From Butyrivibrio sp. (GTDB lineage Bacteria > Bacillota > Clostridia > Lachnospirales > Lachnospiraceae), in NCBI GenBank assembly GCA_022486625.1, contig JAKVKH010000021.1, positions 1,008-65,007 of the forward strand: DNA of 64,000 nt, in the 5' to 3' direction. Both the position numbers and the translations under genes were made by a program. The notes beneath the pieces were generated by a model. The model was not told the origin of the DNA. It saw nothing but the letters and a program-made list of their open reading frames with translations, and made no database searches. Shown one piece after another: positions 50,678 to 61,942 of the stretch. Numbering within the stretch: position 1 is the stretch's first letter; every line of letters starts with the position of its first letter.

Positions 50678-52078
50678 TCAAAGGCTCATCAGATACTCAT
50701 CAATTCCCTTTGCTGCTGCCTTTCCTGCTCCCATGGCAAGAATAACGGTTGCTGCACCGGTTACGGCATCTCCGCCGGCAAAGACACCCCTTTTAGATGT
50801 CTGCCCGTTTGTTTCTTCTGCAACAATACACTTTCTCTTATTGACATCAAGACCTTCCGTTGTAGAAGAAATCAGCGGATTCGGTGAAGTTCCAAGTGCC
50901 ATAATAACTGCATCACAGTCAATCTCAAATTCAGATCCCTTAATTTCTACCGGACTTCTTCTTCCTGATTCATCAGGTTCGCCAAGCTCCATACGGATGC
51001 AACGGATTCCGCTTACCCATCCGTTCTCATCTGCAAGAACCTCTACCGGATTGGTCAGAAGATCAAAGATAATTCCTTCTTCCTTTGCATGCCCGACTTC
51101 TTCTTTTCTGGCCGGAAGTTCTTCCTCACTTCTGCGGTATACCACATGCACCTCAGCGCCAAGACGAAGTGCGGTTCTGGCTGAATCCATTGCAACATTA
51201 CCACCGCCAACCACAACGCATTTCTTCGGATGCATGATCGGTGTCGTGGAATTCGGAGAAAACGCCTTCATCAAATTGCTTCTGGTCAGGAACTCATTGG
51301 CTGAAAATACACCAAGGCTCTGTTCTCCAGGAATTCTCATAAATCTTGGAAGTCCTGCGCCGGAACCGATAAATACAGCATCAAAACCTTCATTTTTCAT
51401 CAGCGAATCAATGGTAACCGATTTACCGATGACAACATCAGTTTCGATTTTAACGCCAAGTGCCTTCACATTATCAATTTCCTTCTGTACTACATCTTCC
51501 TTGGGCAGACGGAATTCAGGAATACCATAAACCAGAACACCGCCGGCTTCGTGCAATGCTTCAAAAATGGTAACATCATATCCCATCTTTGCAAGATCTC
51601 CTGCGCAGGTCAGTCCGGACGGACCTGAACCGATGACTGCCACCTTGTGATTTTTCTTTTCCTTTGCACCTTCCGGCATAATGCCCATGGCTCTTGCCGT
51701 ATCTGCAACATACCGTTCCAGCTTGCCAATAGAAACTGCATCACCCTTATACTGGCGGATGCATTTGCCTTCACACTGGCTCTCCTGCGGACATACACGA
51801 CCACAGACCGACGGAAGTGCAGAAGATCTGCTGATGACCTGATACGCCTCTGCAACATTTCCCTTTTTAACTTCTTCAATAAACTGAGGAATCTGAATGG
51901 CAACGGGACATCCCTTTACACACTGCGGATTCGGGCAGTTCAGACATCTGGAAGCTTCTGCTTCCGCTTCTTCTTTATTATATCCGAGGCAAACCTCTTC
52001 AAAATTGGTAGCGCGTACCTTAGGATCCTGCTCGCGCACCGGTACTTTCTTTAATACGTCCATTCCAATAATCTCCAT
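50678..52078 (-). CDS. nfnB: NfnB / glutamate synthase beta-like subunit (often annotated gltA)
   Basis: RCLNC..CVKGCP, GRVCPQESQCE, GSGPSG, GGGNVAMD; follows nfnA. Confidence 0.85.
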   Translation of the reverse strand: MEIIGMDVLKKVPVREQDPKVRATNFEEVCLGYNKEEAEAEASRCLNCPNPQCVKGCPVAIQIPQFIEEVKKGNVAEAYQVISRSSALPSVCGRVCPQESQCEGKCIRQYKGDAVSIGKLERYVADTARAMGIMPEGAKEKKNHKVAVIGSGPSGLTCAGDLAKMGYDVTIFEALHEAGGVLVYGIPEFRLPKEDVVQKEIDNVKALGVKIETDVVIGKSVTIDSLMKNEGFDAVFIGSGAGLPRFMRIPGEQSLGVFSANEFLTRSNLMKAFSPNSTTPIMHPKKCVVVGGGNVAMDSARTALRLGAEVHVVYRRSEEELPARKEEVGHAKEEGIIFDLLTNPVEVLADENGWVSGIRCIRMELGEPDESGRRSPVEIKGSEFEIDCDAVIMALGTSPNPLISSTTEGLDVNKRKCIVAEETNGQTSKRGVFAGGDAVTGAATVILAMGAGKAAAKGIDEYLMSL

Positions 52079-52111
52079 TTCTGCAAATGATCTGTTGCAA
52101 ACAAAAGCTGA

Positions 52112-52984
52112 TCAGCAGTTGCCGCAGCCACCGTGATGAGTGTCACCTTCTTTGGCTTCAAGGTAAAGTCTTCCCTCTTCCGTCTTATAAAGTCTGGTAC
52201 GATTCATCGCCTGATCGAAGTCCACCTTATGTCCGTCAAATTCAGGTCCGTCAACACACGCAAACTTTACCTCGTCCCCAACTGTAAGACGGCATGCGCC
52301 GCACATTCCCGTTCCGTCTACCATAATCGGATTCATGCTGATTACAGTCGGAATATTCAGTTCTTTTGTCAGCTTGCATACGAATTTCATCATGATCATC
52401 GGCCCAATGGCAACACAGTGATCATAATGATGTCCTTCGTCTACAAGATCCTGCAGACATTTTGTTACCATTCCGCTTCTGCCATAACTGCCATCATCTG
52501 TTGTCACGTACAGATTGCTGACAGCGCCAAGCTTATCTTCAAGAATTACGAGATCCCTGTTCTTGGCACCAACAATACAGTCAGCAGTAATGCCATGCTC
52601 CTTAAGCCACTTGCACTGCGGATAAACCGGAGCTGTTCCTACACCACCGGCAATAAATACAATGTGTTTTTTCTTCAGTTCTTCAATGTCTTCATGTACA
52701 AGATCCGAAGGATTTCCAAGGGGTCCCACAACATCAGCAAGACTGTCTCCTGCCTTAAGTTTTGACAATTTATAGGTTTCTGCACCTACTGCCTGCACCA
52801 CGATTTCAACAGTACCCTTTTCACGATCATAATCGCAGATTGTAAGGGGAATTCTTTCACCATCAGAATGAACTCTGATGATCAGAAACTGACCGGGAAG
52901 GCATGTTCCCGCAACACGGGGAGCTTCCACTACCATCTGAAAAATGTTGGCAGCAAGTTCTTTTGCTTCTAAAATCTTGAACAT
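52112..52984 (-). CDS. nfnA: NfnA ferredoxin-NADP+ reductase alpha subunit
   Basis: ERIPLTI, GGVGTAP, MVDGTGMCGACR, CVDGPEFDG. Confidence 0.87.
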   Translation of the reverse strand: MFKILEAKELAANIFQMVVEAPRVAGTCLPGQFLIIRVHSDGERIPLTICDYDREKGTVEIVVQAVGAETYKLSKLKAGDSLADVVGPLGNPSDLVHEDIEELKKKHIVFIAGGVGTAPVYPQCKWLKEHGITADCIVGAKNRDLVILEDKLGAVSNLYVTTDDGSYGRSGMVTKCLQDLVDEGHHYDHCVAIGPMIMMKFVCKLTKELNIPTVISMNPIMVDGTGMCGACRLTVGDEVKFACVDGPEFDGHKVDFDQAMNRTRLYKTEEGRLYLEAKEGDTHHGGCGNC

Positions 52985-53081
52985 CTTTTTTCCTCTTTCC
53001 TTTTACATCTGATCACGGTACCTGAATTACAGAACTGAGTAAACAAGTTCAAACAGAGTGCCATTTCAACGTTTGTCTAAC

Positions 53082-53110
53082 ATAATATCGTGTATTGTCG
53101 GATAATGCAA
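53082..53110 (-). promoter_or_regulatory. Possible sigma70 promoter of nfnAB
   Basis: TTGCAT-N17-TATTAT. Confidence 0.4.
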
Positions 53111-53155
53111 TACATTAAAGCAGTAAATTCCAATGCAAAAACATGCATTTATTCT

Positions 53156-54652
53156 CTACTGCGCCATATTTACCAGAAAATAATTACCTGAAGAATCATA
53201 GGACATTCTGCAGACAGTGCCGTCCTGCGTATTTACAGCATACATCAGATTGGTCTTTTCCCGGTGTCCGTCATTATACTCATGATACTCGGAAATCGCA
53301 TAGTACTCTCCCGAATCCGGGACCTGAATCACAGAATCCACAACATATACATTTCTGCCATCCAGCCCTCTGACCTTACCTGTTGCATCAAGCAGTACAT
53401 CCTGTTTCATCAGTGCACTGATCACCAGCGCTGTGGCCTGATCCTCTGTCACCTGCTTCGGATAACTGAGGTGATAGGTACACTTTGTAATTTTACTGGC
53501 ATTTCCCTTACTGTCATAGGCGATAAAGCGGAACGTTGAATCACCATATGGCATGGAAATCGGTGATACATACTGCTGTGACTTCATCGTCGGCCGGCTT
53601 CCGTCCGTTGTATAGAAAATCGTGCAGCCTGAATCCGCAACCGCCACAATCATAGTATCCTGCGTATAATTTCCGCTCTTCTCCATGATCTGTGGTGCAT
53701 TCGGTACCAACAGCGTCACATGATACTCCGCAGTTGCCACATCACTGCTGATCCCATAACTGTTGACCAGAACTGCCTGTATCTTATAATCTCCGCTCTT
53801 ATCCAGCACAATTTCCTTTGCATACCTGCTGTCAGAAGCTGTCGGAATCCTATCTTCAAGCGTATAATATACCGTTCCGTCTGAGGAATCCTGAAGTTCT
53901 ATGGACAACTTATCTTCATAATTACCGCTCTTTACAGAAAAAGACGGTGCCTGCGGAAGATACTGGCTATATCTGGAGACAAGCTCCTCATACGGACAGT
54001 CCAGAAGCATTTCATGAATAGAGTCATAGGCTTCCTCTGATTCATAAATCTTAATCATCTCATCATAGGCACGCTGCATTTCTTCATCATCAAATGCTGC
54101 TGAATTCAGGATTCTCTGAAGTACTTCAACAGCCTGTTCCGGCTGATGATTCTCCATTCGATAGGTTGCCAGAAGAAAAATCACCGCAGAATCTTTCTCA
54201 TTCATACGGTATGCCTGTTCCAGATCACTGATCGCCTGATCATAATTGCCTGCAGAACTTGCAGACTGTGCCTGATCCACATAATCCTGCGCTGAAATCT
54301 GATTTGCCGTATGGTAAGTCACCACAAAACAGATCAAGAGTGAAACAGCCACCAGCGCCACTACTGCCCAGACAATGGCATCCTTTCTGATTCGCCGGAT
54401 TGCCTTTCTCATCAGAATGGATATCTGCCTTCTGTCCGCAATATTCTGATGTGTTCCTGCAGATTTCTGATCGCCCTCAGACGTACTTTCTCCTGCCTCT
54501 GGATTAATGGAATCCGCCATATCGGAAAGTGTTTTGCTTATTCTGTTTTCTAATTCAGGATCAAATTCCGGTACGATCTTGATCTCCGCACCACAGCTGT
54601 CACAGTACAGATGTCCATCCGGAACTTCCTGACCACAGTTTGGGCACTTCAT
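53156..54652 (-). CDS. Zn-ribbon / TM / TPR / tandem chitobiase-Fn3-associated domain protein
   Basis: CPNC..YCDSCG, one TM, TPR helices, two YYT-DG-xPT repeats. Confidence 0.75.
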   Translation of the reverse strand: MKCPNCGQEVPDGHLYCDSCGAEIKIVPEFDPELENRISKTLSDMADSINPEAGESTSEGDQKSAGTHQNIADRRQISILMRKAIRRIRKDAIVWAVVALVAVSLLICFVVTYHTANQISAQDYVDQAQSASSAGNYDQAISDLEQAYRMNEKDSAVIFLLATYRMENHQPEQAVEVLQRILNSAAFDDEEMQRAYDEMIKIYESEEAYDSIHEMLLDCPYEELVSRYSQYLPQAPSFSVKSGNYEDKLSIELQDSSDGTVYYTLEDRIPTASDSRYAKEIVLDKSGDYKIQAVLVNSYGISSDVATAEYHVTLLVPNAPQIMEKSGNYTQDTMIVAVADSGCTIFYTTDGSRPTMKSQQYVSPISMPYGDSTFRFIAYDSKGNASKITKCTYHLSYPKQVTEDQATALVISALMKQDVLLDATGKVRGLDGRNVYVVDSVIQVPDSGEYYAISEYHEYNDGHREKTNLMYAVNTQDGTVCRMSYDSSGNYFLVNMAQ

Positions 54653-54679
54653 ATCAAAACTCCGTCTTCTGCATCAGAA

Positions 54680-55540
54680 TCAATTTTTTCTTCTCATTAT
54701 GAACGCTTCATAGCAGTTATTCATCAACATGGCAATGGTCATCGGTCCAACGCCTCCCGGTACCGGTGTAATTGCACTGACATGAGGCAACACATCATCA
54801 AAATCCACATCCCCGCAAAGCTTTCCTGTTTCCGGAATACGGTTGATGCCGACATCAATCACGACTGCTCCCTCTTTCACATAATCCGCAGTAATCATCC
54901 TGTGTCTTCCGATCGCCGCTATCAGAATATCAGCTCTTCTGCAGACTTCTTTCAGATCCCTTGTCTTTGAATGTGCAACTGTCACTGTGGCATTCTCGCG
55001 CAACATCAGCATTGCCATCGGCTTACCAACAATATTACTCCTGCCCACAATGACGCATTCCTTACCTGCAATTTCCACCCCTGAACGCTTAAGAAGCTGA
55101 ATCACTCCTGCCGGCGTGCAGGATACAAAGCCAGGCTCCCCGATACACAGCGCACCAACACTCATCGGATGAAATCCATCTACATCTTTTGCCGGACTGA
55201 TGGCATTGATTACCTTTTTCTCATCTATCTGCGAAGGAAGCGGCATCTGTACCAGAATTCCATCTACATCGTCACGCCCGTTAAGATCTTTCACAAGATT
55301 CAGAAGGCAATCCTGTGTTGTATCTGCCGGAAGTTCAAACGCAAGCGAACGATATCCGATATATTCACATGCTTTTCTTTTATTTCTGACATATACCTGT
55401 GATGCCGGATCTTCGCCAACCAGAACTACTGCCAGCGTAATCTCTGTCTGCGTTTCCGCCTTGAGTTTCTGTGTTTTTTCCTTCAGTTCGTCCTTTATCT
55501 GAGCGGAAATCGCCTTTCCGTCAATCAGCACTGCGTCCAT
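54680..55540 (-). CDS. folD: Methylene-THF dehydrogenase/cyclohydrolase
   Basis: KDVDGFHP, PCTP-like SCTPAG, GRSNIVGKP, PVPGGVGPMT. Confidence 0.96.
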   Translation of the reverse strand: MDAVLIDGKAISAQIKDELKEKTQKLKAETQTEITLAVVLVGEDPASQVYVRNKRKACEYIGYRSLAFELPADTTQDCLLNLVKDLNGRDDVDGILVQMPLPSQIDEKKVINAISPAKDVDGFHPMSVGALCIGEPGFVSCTPAGVIQLLKRSGVEIAGKECVIVGRSNIVGKPMAMLMLRENATVTVAHSKTRDLKEVCRRADILIAAIGRHRMITADYVKEGAVVIDVGINRIPETGKLCGDVDFDDVLPHVSAITPVPGGVGPMTIAMLMNNCYEAFIMRRKN

Positions 55541-55576
55541 CGGTTAATCCTTTCTTCATTTCATTTCTTCAGTGAC

Positions 55577-57247
55577 TTAAAAGAGTCCGACAATCTTTCC
55601 GCTTTCATCCACATCAATATCAAATGCAGCAGGGCGTTTCGGAAGTCCCGGCATGGTTACGATGGAGCCCGTAAGTGCCACCACAAATCCTGCACCTGCA
55701 GATACATAAGCCTCTCTTACCGTAATATCAAAGTTCTGAGGTCTTCCAAGTTTCTTCGGATCGTCTGAAAGTGAATACTGTGTCTTTGCCATGCAGACCG
55801 GAAGATTTCCAAATCCCATTTCCGTAATCTTTGCCAGCTGTTTCTTTGCCACCGCCGTATAGGTCACATCATCTGCGCCGTATATTCTGGTTGCCACGGT
55901 ATGAATCTTATCTTCCAGCGACATTTCATCCGGATAGATCGGTGCATAATGGCTTTCCTTGTTTTCCAGTGTACTGATAACTTCCTTTGCAAGTTCTTCT
56001 CCGCCTTCTCCGCCTTTTGCCCAGACCTCTGAAAGTGCAAATTCACAGTTTCTCTCCTTACAGAAGTTTCTGACAAACTCAATTTCTGCCGGTGTATCTG
56101 ACAGGAAAGAATTAAGTGTCACAACAACAGGAACACCATACTGCTGAATATTTTCGATATGTTTCTCCAGATTGACAATCCCCTTTTTCAGTGCTTCAAG
56201 ATTCTCTGCTCCAAGCTCTGTCTTGGGTACTCCGCCATTATATTTCAATGCACGGATGGTTGCTACAAGTACACATGCATCCGGGTGAAGTCCTGCAACA
56301 CGGCATTTGATATCCAGAAACTTCTCCGCACCGAGGTCGGCACCGAAACCTGCCTCCGTCACCACATAATCTGCAAGGTGAAGTGCTGTATCCGTAGCAC
56401 GTACAGAATTACAGCCATGTGCGATATTGGCAAAAGGGCCACCATGTACAATGACCGGTGTATGCTCAAGAGTCTGTACCAGATTAGGCTTTATTGCATC
56501 CTTTAAGAGAGCCGCCATGGAACCGACTGCCTTTACATCCTCTGCCGTTACCGGTCTGCCGTCATAAGTATAGGCCACAATGATTCTCGCAAGACGTTTC
56601 TTCAGATCTTTCATGTCTGTTGCAAGACACAACACCGCCATAATCTCAGAAGCAACCGTAATGACAAAATGATCCTCACGGACAAATCCGTCACCCTTTG
56701 CACCCATACCTACCACAACATTACGAAGTACACGGTCATTCATATCCTCACAACGTTTCCAGACAATCTGTCTGGTATCGATTCCAAGTTCATTTCCCTG
56801 CTGAATATGATTATCAATCAGAGCCGCCAGGAGATTATTGGCAGACGTAATTGCATGAAAATCGCCTGTAAAATGCAGATTCAGATCCTCCATGGGAACG
56901 ACCTGCGCATAGCCACCGCCCGCAGCACCTCCCTTGATACCAAAACAAGGTCCGAGAGAAGGCTCACGAAGCGCAATTACCGTTTTATGTCCGAGACGGT
57001 TAAGTGCATCTCCGAGTCCCACGCTGGTTGTTGTCTTTCCCTCTCCGGCAGGTGTCGGATTGATGGCTGTCACCAGAATCAGTTTTCCCTTTTTATTTCC
57101 ACTGATCTTTGAAAGAAATTCTTCCGTCAGCTTCGCCTTGTACTTTCCGTAAAGTTCAAGATCATCTTCACTGATTCCGGCTTTCTCTGCGATTTTGACA
57201 ATTGGAAGTTTCTCCGCTTCCTGTGCGATCTCAATGTCTGTTTTCAT
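55577..57247 (-). CDS. fhs: Formate--tetrahydrofolate ligase
   Basis: [43 protein letters not shown]. Confidence 0.97.
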   Translation of the reverse strand: MKTDIEIAQEAEKLPIVKIAEKAGISEDDLELYGKYKAKLTEEFLSKISGNKKGKLILVTAINPTPAGEGKTTTSVGLGDALNRLGHKTVIALREPSLGPCFGIKGGAAGGGYAQVVPMEDLNLHFTGDFHAITSANNLLAALIDNHIQQGNELGIDTRQIVWKRCEDMNDRVLRNVVVGMGAKGDGFVREDHFVITVASEIMAVLCLATDMKDLKKRLARIIVAYTYDGRPVTAEDVKAVGSMAALLKDAIKPNLVQTLEHTPVIVHGGPFANIAHGCNSVRATDTALHLADYVVTEAGFGADLGAEKFLDIKCRVAGLHPDACVLVATIRALKYNGGVPKTELGAENLEALKKGIVNLEKHIENIQQYGVPVVVTLNSFLSDTPAEIEFVRNFCKERNCEFALSEVWAKGGEGGEELAKEVISTLENKESHYAPIYPDEMSLEDKIHTVATRIYGADDVTYTAVAKKQLAKITEMGFGNLPVCMAKTQYSLSDDPKKLGRPQNFDITVREAYVSAGAGFVVALTGSIVTMPGLPKRPAAFDIDVDESGKIVGLF

Positions 57248-60167
57248 AATCTTCCTCCATCTGTTCAAACTCTTCCTTGCTCATCAGTACTTTTCTGGGC
57301 TTTGTGCCTTCTTCTTCCCCAACGACCCCTGCATCACACAACTGATCCATAATTCTGGCAGCACGGTTAAACCCGATTTTGAATACACGCTGCAACATCC
57401 CGATAGATGCCTTATCCTTCTCGATAATAAACCTTCCGGCGTCTGCAAAGTATTCATCCAGATCGGATCCCTCTGCATCAGAAGCATTTCCTCCGCCTGC
57501 TGTCTGGAGATTCTGGATTTCTTCCTGTATATCACTGCTGTATGATGTTTCAACGGTCTGTTTTTTCAGGAAATCTGTAATTCCCTGGATCTCCTGATCA
57601 GACACGAAAGCTCCCTGAATTCGAACAGGTTTGGAATAATTCTGAGGGTAAAACAGCATATCCCCCTTGCCAAGCAGCTTTTCCGCACCATTCATGTCCA
57701 GAATGGTTCTGGAATCCGTACCACTGGAAACCGCAAATGCAATACGGCTCGGCATATTAGCCTTGATCAGGCCGGTAATAACATCTACGGAAGGACGCTG
57801 CGTGGCAATGATCAGATGAATTCCTGCAGCTCTTGCCAGCTGTGCCAGACGGCAGATTGCCTCCTCCACTTCATTGGCAGATACCATCATCAGATCTGCC
57901 AGCTCATCTACAATAATGACAATCTGCGGCATGCGTACAAGGCTTTCATCTTCGCCCTGATGTGCCTGGACATATTCGTTATAGCCCTTGAGGTCACGAA
58001 CTTCTGCATCTGCAAATTTTTTATATCTTGTGGTCATTTCCTGAACTGCCCAGTTCAATGCCGCCGCTGCTTTTTTCGGATCTGTCACCACCGGAATCAG
58101 CAGATGTGGAATGCCATTATAAACACTCAGTTCCACGACCTTGGGGTCAATCATAATCAGCCTTACTTCTTCCGGCTTCGATTTGTATATCAGGCTCAGA
58201 ATCATGGTATTGATACATACTGATTTTCCGGATCCTGTTGCTCCCGCAATCAGAAGATGCGGCATCTTGGCAATATCTGTCACCACAGTCTTGCCGGCGA
58301 TATCCTTGCCGACGGCAAACGCCAGTCTGGAAGAAAAATGCTGATACTCCTCTGATTCAAACAGATCCCTGAGTGCAACCATGGAATTTTCCTTATTCGG
58401 TACTTCAATTCCAACTGCAGGTTTGCCCGGAATCGGTGCTTCAATACGGATATCCGTTGCTGCAAGATTAAGCTTGATATCATCTGAAAGATTCACAATT
58501 CTGCTGACCTTGACACCAACTTCAGGCTGCAGCTCATATCTGGTAACTGCAGGTCCCTGACTGATGTCCGTTACCGTAACATTCACGCCAAAGGTCTTCA
58601 GTGTCTTTTCCAGCTTCATTGCAGTTTCCTTCAGCTGCTTTTCAGAATCAGTATTTTTATTCTTTACACCCTTTTTCAAAAGAGACAACGGAGGAAATAC
58701 ATACTCTCTGACCGGCTGCGCCTGCTTCTGCAGAATTTCCTGCTGGATCCCGCTGCCCGCGCCTGCATCAGATTCTGCTGCCATTGTTCTGCCGCCCTGC
58801 GGCATCCCGGGCTCCGGTACCTTCATCGGTGCGCTTGCATGAGAATCAATCTGCTGCGCTTTTTTTGCCGGTGAAATATGATCCTGCGTGTGAACGGTAT
58901 AGCCGTCATTTACTTCTGCATTTTCTCTGTGAATCGGAATGTCAGGAAGTGCATCTGCAGCCACCTGTACCTGAAGTCTTGCTCCCGGCCTCTGCTGCGG
59001 GATATCCTCCTGATTTTCCTCTGCTTCTTCCTCCTGCTCTGTCAGTTCTTCCAGAGGAAAAACTTCCGTTTCCTCCGGCAAAACATTTGCAGCTTCATGC
59101 ACCTCAGGCATACCCGTAACCTCCGGAAGTGCTGCCGGAAGTCCGTTTTCATTCTGTTCTTCTTCCTTAACATAAGTATGAATCACAGGTCCGGTATGAA
59201 TAACATGCTGCCCGTCAGGCTCAACATCTGTCCCCATCTGGCTGTGTATTGTAATTTCATGAATGTCATCACGAATCTCATCTTCATCCGGAATGAAAAT
59301 ATTATGGGAAGCCGCCGGTGCCTTGGGCTGTTTCTGATCCGGCTGCTTTTCCGTATCTTTTTCTTCCTCATCCTCTTCTTTTTTCAGATCAATGGAAGCC
59401 GTAATTCCACTGACTTTTTTATTCATCCGAAGAATCTTTTCATCTTCCTTCTGTTCAAGTAAAAGCCGCTTCTGCTCAGCCTCCTGCTGACGTCTTTCTT
59501 CATTTCTGGTCCGACGTTCTTCCATCTGCTGTCTGTATTCCGCTGCATCTTCACCGGCGCGTTCCATTACCCGGTGACTGCCGCTGCGGATTCCCTCTAT
59601 GACAGATTTCTCTGTAAGAACCACAATACTGATAGTTCCGAATACCAGAATCAGAATCACAGTACCTGCCATGGATAATGTATGAAAACAGAGGTAGCAA
59701 AGCGATCCTGCAATAACACCTCCGCCGTTTCCGGCATTCGATGCATCCATATAAATCTGTACCGGATCATATCCTTCATACATCTGCACCCTGCCACTGA
59801 TAATTTCCGCAAGCATGCCAAAAAGGAGCGCCAGAACACACCCCGCAACAATTTTGCGTACTGCAGCTGCCGATCCGTTATTGGAAATATGAAATACCAC
59901 CATCAGAAAAATCAGAAGCGGAGCAAGATATGCCATTACGCCGAAAATACCGAACATAATGCCGCTCATGATGTCGCCGAAGCTCCCGCATACGCCGAAA
60001 TTACATAAAAACAAAAAGATTGAGAGTGCCAGCAGAACGATAATCAGTATTTCACTTTTCAGTGCATAATCTAGCTGCTCATTTTCTCTGCGTGTCTGTC
60101 TGTTTCCGGATTTTCCTGTGGATCCTGTTTTTTTCTTTCTGTTATAATTTCTTTTTCCTGATGCCAT
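57231..60167 (-). CDS. ftsK: DNA translocase FtsK/SpoIIIE
   Basis: 4-TM N-terminus, acidic linker, [21 protein letters not shown], gamma domain. Confidence 0.95.
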   Translation of the reverse strand: MASGKRNYNRKKKTGSTGKSGNRQTRRENEQLDYALKSEILIIVLLALSIFLFLCNFGVCGSFGDIMSGIMFGIFGVMAYLAPLLIFLMVVFHISNNGSAAAVRKIVAGCVLALLFGMLAEIISGRVQMYEGYDPVQIYMDASNAGNGGGVIAGSLCYLCFHTLSMAGTVILILVFGTISIVVLTEKSVIEGIRSGSHRVMERAGEDAAEYRQQMEERRTRNEERRQQEAEQKRLLLEQKEDEKILRMNKKVSGITASIDLKKEEDEEEKDTEKQPDQKQPKAPAASHNIFIPDEDEIRDDIHEITIHSQMGTDVEPDGQHVIHTGPVIHTYVKEEEQNENGLPAALPEVTGMPEVHEAANVLPEETEVFPLEELTEQEEEAEENQEDIPQQRPGARLQVQVAADALPDIPIHRENAEVNDGYTVHTQDHISPAKKAQQIDSHASAPMKVPEPGMPQGGRTMAAESDAGAGSGIQQEILQKQAQPVREYVFPPLSLLKKGVKNKNTDSEKQLKETAMKLEKTLKTFGVNVTVTDISQGPAVTRYELQPEVGVKVSRIVNLSDDIKLNLAATDIRIEAPIPGKPAVGIEVPNKENSMVALRDLFESEEYQHFSSRLAFAVGKDIAGKTVVTDIAKMPHLLIAGATGSGKSVCINTMILSLIYKSKPEEVRLIMIDPKVVELSVYNGIPHLLIPVVTDPKKAAAALNWAVQEMTTRYKKFADAEVRDLKGYNEYVQAHQGEDESLVRMPQIVIIVDELADLMMVSANEVEEAICRLAQLARAAGIHLIIATQRPSVDVITGLIKANMPSRIAFAVSSGTDSRTILDMNGAEKLLGKGDMLFYPQNYSKPVRIQGAFVSDQEIQGITDFLKKQTVETSYSSDIQEEIQNLQTAGGGNASDAEGSDLDEYFADAGRFIIEKDKASIGMLQRVFKIGFNRAARIMDQLCDAGVVGEEEGTKPRKVLMSKEEFEQMEEDYENRH

Positions 60168-60386
60168 TCTTTACCCGTCAATATTTTTTCTGTATTTATC
60201 GGTATCTCTGCTTTTTCATACAAAACAAAAAATCCGACAACCACAAGTATACCATTTTTACTGCCTTTATGCTATACTATGTGAAGATTTCTGAAAGACA
60301 AAATGTATTGCAATACGCGGTCACAGCCTCAGGCGCAGAGGATCCGTGATCCATTCTGTAAAAGGTTTCCGCGGGAAAGAGGATTT

Positions 60387-60956
60387 ATGGAATTCAAACA
60401 GGTTGTAGAATCAGGTACATTAAAACAGATCGGAAACGATAATGTTTCGCTCAAAATAAGAGAAGTTGCAGAAAAATGTAAACTGGTCAAAACAGAAAAC
60501 GGTCTGAAGGTAGACTGTACTTACACAGGTCCCAATGCCAGCAGCTATCTGCAGTATATTGACAAGCACAGAGAAGAACTGACACAGTATCTTATGAATC
60601 CGGACATTTCCGATTATTATGAATGGCTGGAGGCAAGTCATCAGACTGCCATCACACTGAAAAAGCATGAAAAGGAAAAGCTGATCCTTTATGTTAATTT
60701 TGATCCGGCCACCAAAATTATGGAAACAGGTATTTCTGATGATAACATTACGTTAAAGCTGGGAGCTCCGCTGGTTCATCTCAATCTCGATGAAATGGAT
60801 CGTAACACCTTCAAACTGAAAGTATATGACATGCTTCTGCTTGCAGACGAAATTGCCCTTGGCATGGGAAATGAAGAACTTCGCTCCATGGCAAATATCG
60901 AAATGGTAAAAACCTATCTTGCAGAACTTTATGATAAGTACCACGAACTTGCTTAA
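60387..60956 (+). CDS. Hypothetical protein (189 aa)
   Basis: GAGGA SD, long ORF, downstream terminator. Confidence 0.75.
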   Translation: MEFKQVVESGTLKQIGNDNVSLKIREVAEKCKLVKTENGLKVDCTYTGPNASSYLQYIDKHREELTQYLMNPDISDYYEWLEASHQTAITLKKHEKEKLILYVNFDPATKIMETGISDDNITLKLGAPLVHLNLDEMDRNTFKLKVYDMLLLADEIALGMGNEELRSMANIEMVKTYLAELYDKYHELA

Positions 60957-60979
60957 TAAATTAAATACAGATGCAATAA

Positions 60980-61021
60980 AAAAGCCGTGAAAGAATGATT
61001 TTTCATTCCTTCACGGCTTTT
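60980..61021. terminator. Bidirectional terminator
   Basis: AAAAGCCGTGAA...TTCACGGCTTTT. Confidence 0.8.
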
Positions 61022-61037
61022 ATCAGCAGTACTGTAA

Positions 61038-61832
61038 TTATTTTGCTACAAAAAGTGTACCGACCTTTTTCTTATTAATTATATCATACAGAAGTTCCGG
61101 TTTATGACCATGCGTGATCAACACATCAATTCCGCGTGAGGTTGCCAGTTCTGCCGCATCAAGCTTGGTAATCATGCCGCCTGTACCGCGATTGGATCCT
61201 GTGCCTTCTGCAATTGCGCGGATATTTTCATCAATTTTTTCTACTCTGCTGATCAGTTTTGCATCCGGGTGCGTATTCGGATTACTGTCATAGAGTCCGT
61301 CAATGTCTGACAGAATAATCAATTTTGATGCATTACAAAATACCGCTACCACTGCAGAGAGCATATCATTGTCAGAAAAAAGCTTTTTATCTGACTCAAT
61401 TTCCACATGACTGACAGAATCATTTTCATTCACAATCGGAATAATATGATTCTCAAGCAGTGCATCAAAAGTATTTCTGAGGTTATCTCTGCGCTCAGGA
61501 ATCTCCACATCATCGCTGTTTAACAGAATCTGTCCTGCCATTCTCCCATATTCCTGAAACAGCTTATCATACAGATGCATCAGTTCACACTGTCCGACCG
61601 CTGCAGCCGCCTGTTTAAGCCGAAGATCCTTAGGTTTCTGCTGAAGACGCATTTTATTTGCGCCTACGGCAATTGCTCCTGAAGAAACCAGCACCAGATC
61701 ATATCCCAGATTTTCAATTCCCGAAAGTGCTCTGCAGAGCAGATCCATCTCATGAATATCAATATCACCACGTTCATTGGTCAGCGTTGAAGTCCCGACC
61801 TTTACTACTATTCTTTTCTTACTCAGACTCAT
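61038..61832 (-). CDS. proB: Glutamate 5-kinase (short form, no PUA domain)
   Basis: VVKVGTSTL, SSGAI, AAVGQ, NENDSV, DND, GTGGMITK. Confidence 0.95.
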   Translation of the reverse strand: MSLSKKRIVVKVGTSTLTNERGDIDIHEMDLLCRALSGIENLGYDLVLVSSGAIAVGANKMRLQQKPKDLRLKQAAAAVGQCELMHLYDKLFQEYGRMAGQILLNSDDVEIPERRDNLRNTFDALLENHIIPIVNENDSVSHVEIESDKKLFSDNDMLSAVVAVFCNASKLIILSDIDGLYDSNPNTHPDAKLISRVEKIDENIRAIAEGTGSNRGTGGMITKLDAAELATSRGIDVLITHGHKPELLYDIINKKKVGTLFVAK

Positions 61833-61942
61833 TTTTCATTTCCGCCCATGATCTTCACATTTTTCATGCTATTGCAGTTCTTTTCAATTATATACTCGAA
61901 CCGCCATTACACGCAAGGCGCGATCTTAATCCCTTTTACAAC

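Noticed and set aside
53070-53115. Rex operator upstream of nfnAB
   Set aside because: TGTATTG-N10-CAATACA and nearby TTGT words do not fit the 18-bp TTGT-N10-ACAA Rex spacing
58700-59500. Long acidic region in FtsK as an insertion or intein
   Set aside because: It is the usual low-complexity FtsK linker; no intein motifs
38514-61832. Separation of proA and proB as a novelty
   Set aside because: Split pro genes and PUA-less ProB are common; both genes look intact
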